A DNA stretch of 64,000 bases from Octopus vulgaris (lineage: Eukaryota), in contig OX597820.1 in assembly GCA_951406725.2 (NCBI GenBank), positions 9,052,001 to 9,116,000 of the forward strand, given 5' to 3'. The notes under the pieces are model-generated. The model was not told the origin of the DNA and ran no database searches. It saw only the letters and a program-made list of their open reading frames with translations. Position numbers and translations under genes: made by a program. This document shows positions 56,201-64,000 of the stretch, one piece after another (position 1 is the stretch's first letter; each line of letters opens with the position of its first letter).

Positions 56201-58465
56201 CAGCAACAGAGGTGCAAGGGCACAAAGAAAACACGAACTACGCAAGTCCAGAGCTAACTTCTTGCTTTCAGTTCCAGCAAACCACAAGGGGCCTGATCTG
56301 TGGTACAGCCTTCCAACCATGCATTGGGCTTGTAGTGGCACAAGCAGTCAGTGCCATATTGGATGAGATCTTGCAGCAGCCATTGCCATCTCTGAGACTG
56401 GAGCGAGACCTCGCCTGCATCCATTTGCCATGTGTGAGATCACAACAAAGCTCGTGATGGAAAACTCTATATAAAGGGATAACCCAATTCAAATCTCTCC
56501 CTTTTTGGCGCCACCTCACAGCAGCACTGGCTGAACACCACCACTGCCTGAGGCTTTCTGCATGTGTATCTCCAGAGGCAATGCACCCGCACTAACGGAG
56601 CTACTACACAATGCACACAGCTTAAGATGGTTGCTGAGAGCAGCACACTTCACCTATCCTGTAAAACCCTGTAAATATACCAGTAGTAAATAGCATTTGT
56701 ACTTGAAATTTTCTCTCTTTGCCTGCCAGAAGCCTGAACTACACAAAGAACAAAAAGCCTTGTCTTCCATCATAGGCTGATTGGTCACAGCTGGACACAC
56801 TGTGCCCCATCTTCTCCTATGTGATGTTCTTGATGTAAACAACGACAGACGAGCTGATGATAGAGTTAGGGTTGGGATTCGACTGCATGCTCAAGCGTAA
56901 ACAGCTAGGTAGACCACATGCTAAAGTGGCACCAAAGTAATTCTAGTGGATTTGAACACTCCACCAGAAGTTCTGTCCCTATGTGATAAAGGGTCCGTCC
57001 ACTTCGTATTATTCTGGAAGTAACTTTATTAGTTCGTATCAACAGAAACTAAAAACGTAGTGATGTGGGGGAAGGAAAGGAAAATATTTGCAATTGAGAT
57101 TGGTCAAACTTTCAAGAATTTCGCAGGACTGGACTTAGCCAAGGCAAGCTAATTTTTCTGTTGTAACCAAGTGCCATCTCAAGGTACAAGCACGTTGGGT
57201 AGTTGTCCGGGGGCCCCACGGGTCTCTAGATCCGATTATGATCTATGTATGATGTGGTTTGATGTCAGTAAATAAATACTAGAGAGCCCAGTGCAGTGAA
57301 TTGCTCCGGGGCCCCTATAATGGTAACCAATGCACATTTAATATATGATTGTCTTTGAGAAAGGTATAAACGTAACTAATTTCGTCCACTTTCTTCCATG
57401 AAACAAATTAATATCGAGTGAAGAAATTGACTAGAAGTTCCATAGACATTTCAGATTGGCGTACGTTCCATTCCAATAAGGCCTAGTTTGAAATAATAAT
57501 ATAATTGTAAATATATAGGAAGGAAAATTCTAAGTAGTTTCACTGTAGAAAATGAAAATATTTCTCAGTAATAACTATGTTTATAAAGTATTTGTTAATG
57601 GATCCGATAGAAATACGTTTCGGAATTCTCATGTTACATAACTTTTGTAACTTTCCCTAATAAATGACATTTCTATATTTTCTAATTACAGTCTATGCTG
57701 TTTATTGAAATAAATCTATTCGTTTACTTATTTCCACTGGAAAAGCAATAACCTCATCTCGTGTTGCTGAAATTAACTTTATATAATGTTTTCGAACGTT
57801 AGTTGTTTAGCCCCGGGTTAACGTCGATCAAGCAGATCTATGATCAAAAGCACTCCATCCGTGACCCATATAAGAATGGTGTCCGGGTCTGTCTTTAAAA
57901 GGACGCATTAGGTTTCCTTTTTTTGGGGGGGGAAAGACAAATTGGTATAATTTGAGGGAGATTTAGCTGTTATTACCAACAGGTTGAAAGACTACATAGA
58001 GGCCCCTTTTTTGGTTCGTGACATATTAGTTTGTCATATTTGTTGGTGAAAGAAAGGAAGAAGAAATACAAAGAAAGAACAAATCTTTAAATAAGTGTGA
58101 GTTCTTTTCAAGAAACCAATTACTATATTACATATGGCATAACAATATTCAATATATGGCAAAAAAATACATATCGATTAGTGATTAATAATAATAATGA
58201 TGATAATTCGTTCGTTTATTGGTCACAAGGGCTAACAAAAATCAATTAAAACATAAAGAGACAAAACAATAATAATACCTATTTCTTTATTGCCCACAAG
58301 GGGCTAAACATAGAGGGGACAAACAAGGACAGACAAAAGGATTAAGTCGATTACATCGACCCCAGTGCATAACTAGTACTTTACTTATCGACCCCGAAGG
58401 GATGAAAGGCAAAGTCGACCTCAGCGGAATTTGAACTCAGAACGTAATAACATATCGACTAATTA

Positions 58466-58488
58466 ATATATATGTGTGGATATATGTT

Positions 58489-58546
<58 letters not shown>

Positions 58547-58651
58547 TATATGCATATATATATACATATATATAATAAATATATATGCATATATATATAC
58601 ATATATATGCATATATATATACATATATATGCATATATATATACATATATA

Positions 58652-58709
<58 letters not shown>

Positions 58710-58735
58710 TATATATATACATATATATATATATG
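58466..58735. repeat. Compound (TA)n/(TACA/TGCA) microsatellite (others near 10020-10210, 16740-16810, 30490-30525, 30775-30830, 45210-45250)
   Basis: Seen directly. Confidence 0.97.
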
Positions 58736-58769
58736 TAGGTGTGTGTGAAAGAAAAAGGTGTTCAGAATG

Positions 58770-58806
58770 CTGATGAAACTACAGGAGTAGTTGAAAGCGC
58801 TAATAT
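58770..58806 (+). ncRNA. Minimal hammerhead ribozyme core; 5' strand of stem I missing
   Basis: CTGATGA-AACTAC AGGA GTAGTT-GAAA-GCGC-TA: perfect 6-bp stem II, palindromic stem III AGCGCT, CUA site. Confidence 0.6.
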
Positions 58807-58964
58807 GAAGAAATAAATATATATTTTTACAACCATCCACCATTCTGAACACCTTTTTTTCTTTCATACGTATTAAATCTGTACATCACCCCCGATACTT
58901 CTAACACACATATTTATATATATATTTCATTTGTAACATCTGATCAAGAATGAAAGCTATAGTG

Positions 58965-59060
58965 AGGAAACCGGAATTTTTCTCAAGACAGTACACAACG
59001 AAATGGGAGACCGCAAGCGAAGAGCGCATGCGTACCTCCATCCAAGCCGCCATCTAAGAT
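58965..59060 (+). promoter_or_regulatory. Candidate DDB1 promoter
   Basis: CCGGAA (ETS) 58971, NRF1-type GCGCATGCG 59024-59032, YY1-type GCCGCCATCT 59046-59055; locally CpG-rich; 75-160 nt upstream of the ATG. Confidence 0.65.
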
Positions 59061-59129
59061 TTTGTTTTGTAAAAAGCTCGGAACCGTTTGTCTTTGTCGG
59101 AGAGAAAAAGTTAGGCTGGAACCACAATC

Positions 59130-59190
59130 ATGTCGTACAATTATGTGGTAACCGCTCACAAACCTACGGCAGTCAATGCCTGTGTCACTG
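59130..59190 (+). CDS. DDB1: DNA damage-binding protein 1, coding exon 1 ([21 protein letters not shown]); no further exon recognised in the window
   Basis: Nearly identical to the conserved DDB1 N-terminus [28 protein letters not shown] donor, phase 1. Confidence 0.93.
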
Positions 59191-61991
59191 GTAAGAAAAA
59201 GCATCAACAACAAATTTTCCAGAAGCAAAAAACAAGCACACACCTCTTAAGATATTTCTCTGTTCAGATGTGAGATTGTGTCTCTTGTGTTTGATGATGT
59301 CTTGAATAAATTTCCCGCTGCTCCCTCCTGCTCCTAACCACAAATTACCCTGGCCCCTACCCCTTAGAACTCACTAAATTCATACCAAAACAATTACTGC
59401 TAAAAGAGATAAGATTCATTAAATTCTTTCCATATTTTGCAAACAAAAAAGAAAAAAATACTGTTTCTCTTTAATTTGTTTTATTTCTTAACATTTGTTT
59501 AATTATATTTCTGTAATTTCAAAATTCCTTAAATTGTTTACATTTATATATATTTAATTATTATTTCGTAATTTTTCCAATTCATTAAATTTAAAGAAGT
59601 AAAAAATCTCTCTAATGAACCGAGACTCCAATGAACCGGTTTCGATTCCCGGTTGAGACCATTTCACTTGGTTCTTTTACCTTTTAAAGCAGTCCTGATC
59701 TTCGTTCTTTTAATTTGAAAATACCAATTTGCAGGAAATGGCACATTTTCAAATTATTAAAACGCGCCGAAGCATGTAAATATTGTGCATCTTCTCAATG
59801 GGAAAACACGATGCATTTCTAAGGACACTTGGAACCGCATTTTCTCAACAAATTTGGTTACGTGCACTTTTATGTCAATAGAGAGCCTTAAGTTTTTGTA
59901 CATACCCGTCCGTAAGCTTTGATTTAAGTCTAGATCTCATTAATTTTGTTAACTTTAAGGTTGCATTCATTTACTTAAAAGGTCCGCCACGGATGGAGAC
60001 CTTTTAGCTGCTTTAAAACCTTTGAGAAAAGCAAGAACGCCAAATGATCCCGTTTCTCGACTCTGATAATTGAGAAAACAAAATAATGATGGCAATAAGA
60101 TTGTTTTTTCTGTCTTAAAGATAAATTTCGTATGAATTTGGTGAGTTATGTATTAAGATAGACAAGCACTTGGTGAGATAATAGATCACTATGTTTATTA
60201 ACAACTTCTATATTGCACAACTATTTCTATACAAATAACTTAAGTTCATTCATTTGTTTTATTTAACAAGCACCTTTTCGTGCACTCAACACGTTTTATA
60301 TGTAGATTTAAGTTTCGGAAAACTAAAATTATACTACTTTTTCTTTGTTTTGCGAACATTAAACCGTCCTTGTTATTGCTATTTGTAAACAATTTCGATC
60401 TACGTATGGGTTTAGTTGTCTCTCTTGGAACCCCGATGTTGCACCTTGTAAAGGTGTGTTTGGAATTTATGTTTAACTCACTACACAGACTCTGGTTTTC
60501 TTATTATAAATATCGAAGATCGTTGACTGTATATTTTTTGTCAAATATATTCAATCATCTCCACTCGTAAACATATTTTTCGCTATGACCTCCATTGTGT
60601 ACGTCCGTATATTATAGAAATGTCCTGCTTGTTTTTTCGTTCGTAGGTTTTCATTCAAAGTAAATATAACTTCAAAAATTACCGAGATGATTTCAGAAAT
60701 TAAACGAGGACTAAATCCCCACCTTGCAAAGTTCTGATAACAATTAGATATTTCAAAAACATTAAAAAAAATGCGGTACGATTTTTGTACGAACATAAAT
60801 ATGTACAGCAGAAGTTTAAAACATAAACTCTCAGCAATCTATAATGTCTATCATATTTTGATTTACATCTACAGTGGAAAGAAGTAAAACACAACCCAAT
60901 ACATTAAAAGTTACGAACAATATTTAAAAAAACATAATCTCCATTCATTCATTCGTTTTCTTTTCCCACTAACGTTTTAATTTTATTTTTCAAATTTACC
61001 TCACGTGTGTTTATCGGTACGAATTTACAGAAAATGAATGCCCTTATTTATATTCTGAGTAAGCCCCTTGCATTTTGTCCTTTTTACTCTGTTTATATTT
61101 TCAGTATTATTATTATTGTCGTGAGGGAATTTACCAGCAAATAGTCATTATTTTCCTTTATACAAACATTATTCCTTATGCAGCTTCGTTCAGATTTATA
61201 GGAGTCGAGAAAAATATCTTGTATCATTACTATTGCGAGTAGTTCAGTAAGTTTGAGGCTTGTGGGCATAGATTGATAATATTTTCTACGTTTAAGTTCT
61301 TGCCATTTAGTAGATAAATTGCTTTCTTAATGAAAACGTTTGCAAATTTATAGCTGAGAGGAATGAGAGCGTGGAATCTTGTTACTTTTCTAGAAGGTGA
61401 GAATGTCTTAACAGTAAATAGGTTTTTGAGTTCAAATTTTAAGTTACTTGTCCTCATCCTGGCTCGCACACATGCTGAGCAACAACAATACCAGTTTTTA
61501 CTCTCCCCCCGCAAATTTATGGTTTCGTGTCATTGCGAAATACATGCGTTATATCATCGAATAAGTTCGGCGGACGACAGCTGAATCAATATTACTAACA
61601 TAGACCACTACAAGTAATCTCTCATTCCAGATTCTATTAGGAATGGAATCGTCGCTGGGGAGGAGAGGACAGAATATGTACTAGTCAAATACTGGGGTCT
61701 TTTTAAATGATTATGCAATCCCTACTCAATGCTTTCTGTTTATATATATATGTATAACGGGAAGCTTTATGAAAATAAACAAAAGACGAAGGCAGGTGGA
61801 ATACAAACAAACAATTGATATATATATATGTTAGAAGTATTAGGGGTGATGTACAGATTTAATACATATAAACGAAAAAGGTGTTCAGAATGCTGGATGG
61901 TTGTAAAAATATATATTTAGAAATAATATGGGATATGTAAATAAATGTATATTTTTACAACCATCCAGCATTCTGAATACCTTTTTCTTTT

Positions 61992-62045
<54 letters not shown>

Positions 62046-63374
62046 CAGGTGAACTCTTATTGAGCAGGTGGTCGTGTGGCTGGAATGGTACTACCGGGTT
62101 ACGTCCCTTTATATTCGGAGTTCGAAATCCGACCGAGGTGTATATTGCCTTTTCTTTATAAATTAAATAACACTCATTAATAAATTGCACCTCCCCTACA
62201 ATATTTTGGCGAAGTTAAAATTAATCCCCTCCCCTCTGGTTTAATAGTCCTACACTGCAGTTGCTGTTGTTGCCCAGCAGCAGGTCAGCTCTGAGGTGAC
62301 CGGTTGTTGACCGGACGTTCACCAACTTGGAGTTGGATACCTTTGGAGCAAATTGCAAGATTTTTGCCCTTCTTTACAATAAACCGTTTTGTTCCCTTTT
62401 AACTATTATTACCACGAAAAATGTTGGTTCTAAAACATTCTGTCTTAATTTGGTGCTTAATCTTGGCCAGTTGTGGTCAACCTGCGGCCCAAGGGACTTT
62501 AAACATGACCATGAATTTTTTTAATAGTGTGGTCCATGCCTCATGTGGTCCACTTCTCAAAAAAGGTTGTCAATACCTGATCTAGATTCCTCACACTACT
62601 TAGAAATCTAATTTGGTAAAGTAGTTTTTGGAGGTATTTTGTTTTAAAAAAAAATTGTTCTTGTTTTAAGTTAGCCATTTGTATAGATCCAGAGACAAAC
62701 CAGGGCAAGATATTCAGTGCCAATGTAGGTCGCAGGCTGAGGAATGTGGGAGCACCATGATTTCAAGCGCAAGTAAAAGATCCCCAAAATGTTCGGTTGT
62801 TTTCCCTACATAGCTTTCTTTGTATCAGAGCAACCCTAACCCATGTTGGCATGGGTTGGATGGTTTAACAGAAGCCAGCAGTGAAGGTGGGGGCTTTTCC
62901 CATTAGGATACTGTTAAATGGAGCCATAGTTGCTTAGAAGAGGAGGAAAAAAAAGATGATTCTTCCAAGTTGGTGGAACCAGAAGGATGATAGGCTTTTG
63001 TTTCTGACATGCTCTCTGTTTGTGTTCAACCCACATTGCAGCTCTTCAGACGTTGCATGATATTCCCATTGGTCCTAGTTTCAATTCTCTGGTCCATGTT
63101 TCAAATCCCATTGGTCCAGATTTCACTTCTGAAAATTATGGTAAGCCTTTTGGTAGCAGTGACGCTCATATACATGCATACATGTTGCATAGCAAAAATT
63201 TCACAAGTGGAGTCGGTTTTGCAAAAATTTCGAATTTTAAGAGGGTTCGGTGCAAGTAGTTTATGGCAGAATGATATCACTGAGCATTGTCACCTTGTTT
63301 CAGAGCAGGTAATGAGAAAGCGAGTCTATCTTTTGCTTCACAAGCGAGTGAGGGATTTCTCTAAGATTTCTTAA

Positions 63375-63590
63375 CCCTTTCATTACCAACCCAGCTGATA
63401 CTGGCTCTGAGTACAAATCTCTTGTTTTCAAAAGTTCTGAATTAAAATCTTCCACCAAACCTTAGTCACAATTTATGTTCCTATCACTAGCTGAATGATA
63501 ACTTAAGTTATTTTACTAAATTCTTTGTTACATTTAAAATTAATTGAAAAAAACGCAGAACATCTCAAAATAACTACAGTAACAAAAGGG
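63375..63590 (+). mobile_element. ~220-bp piggyBac-type MITE
   Basis: Same body as 263-468; flanks TTAA and TTAC. Confidence 0.8.
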
Positions 63591-64000
63591 TTACGGTGAA
63601 GCCTTCACCCATGAAGAACATTCAGCCTGGCTTTTAGGACTGAGGTCAGAGGACACCATCAGGTGTAGATAGTGCATGAAACATGCTCATTGTCTCATAC
63701 CTCAGTAATTGGGTCAGTGTAACAGAAGAGTGACTGTAACTTGTATTGACAATGGCATTGACTCCTAGCTTGCTGTGTCACGCTTGTAATACAAGATGGT
63801 TGGGTGGTAAGTACCGCGATGGTGTAACTGGAGAGGGGTTAGTATGGTCTTGCAGTTTTGTATGACTTCTTAAAATCATAGAGCTAATCTGGCAGTGCAG
63901 AGTAGAAATCCCAGCTGTTATATTTGTTGTAAACAGGGGCCACTTGAAAGCTTCCTGCTTTGAGGAGTTGGAAAATAAAGAGAAGGGCAAAGTACCCAAC

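Noticed and set aside
58459-58867. YIYI-rich ORFs (also 9955-10254, 30671-30871)
   Set aside because: Translations of (TA)n microsatellites
63116-63146. CCAG/ATTTCACTTCTGAAAATTATG/GTAAG as DDB1 exon 2
   Set aside because: Gives DFTSENY rather than the conserved HFTS..DLNL..AK continuation; exon 2 probably lies beyond the window

Overview
Eukaryotic, AT-rich, repeat-dense genomic DNA. The SINE and microsatellite content suggests a cephalopod (Octopus-like) genome; this is an inference. I assembled by hand a complete Ku70/XRCC6 gene on the minus strand: 19 GT-AG coding exons from the ATG at 51431 to the TAG at 17211, 1803 nt, 600 aa, with consistent intron phases. It has a probable non-coding first exon and promoter near 53540-53635 and an AATAAA at 16191-16196. 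About 5.5 kb further right, on the plus strand, is coding exon 1 of DDB1 (59130-59190), so two DNA-repair genes lie head to head. Introns and intergenic DNA carry tRNA-derived SINEs, RTE-type LINE 3' ends, an RLE-type LINE remnant, three 1.07-kb piggyBac derivatives, piggyBac and hAT MITEs, DD41D and mariner relics and non-autonomous Helitrons. The most interesting signals are: several minimal hammerhead-ribozyme motifs of the Penelope type, one mirrored in a 213-bp near-perfect palindrome inside a Ku70 intron; inverted transposon pairs closely flanking blocks of Ku70 exons (circRNA/ADAR architecture); and a 12 x 47-bp array made from a piggyBac end. Nearly all ORFs in the supplied track are spurious products of repeats. 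No database searches were possible, so family assignments rest on recognised motifs.
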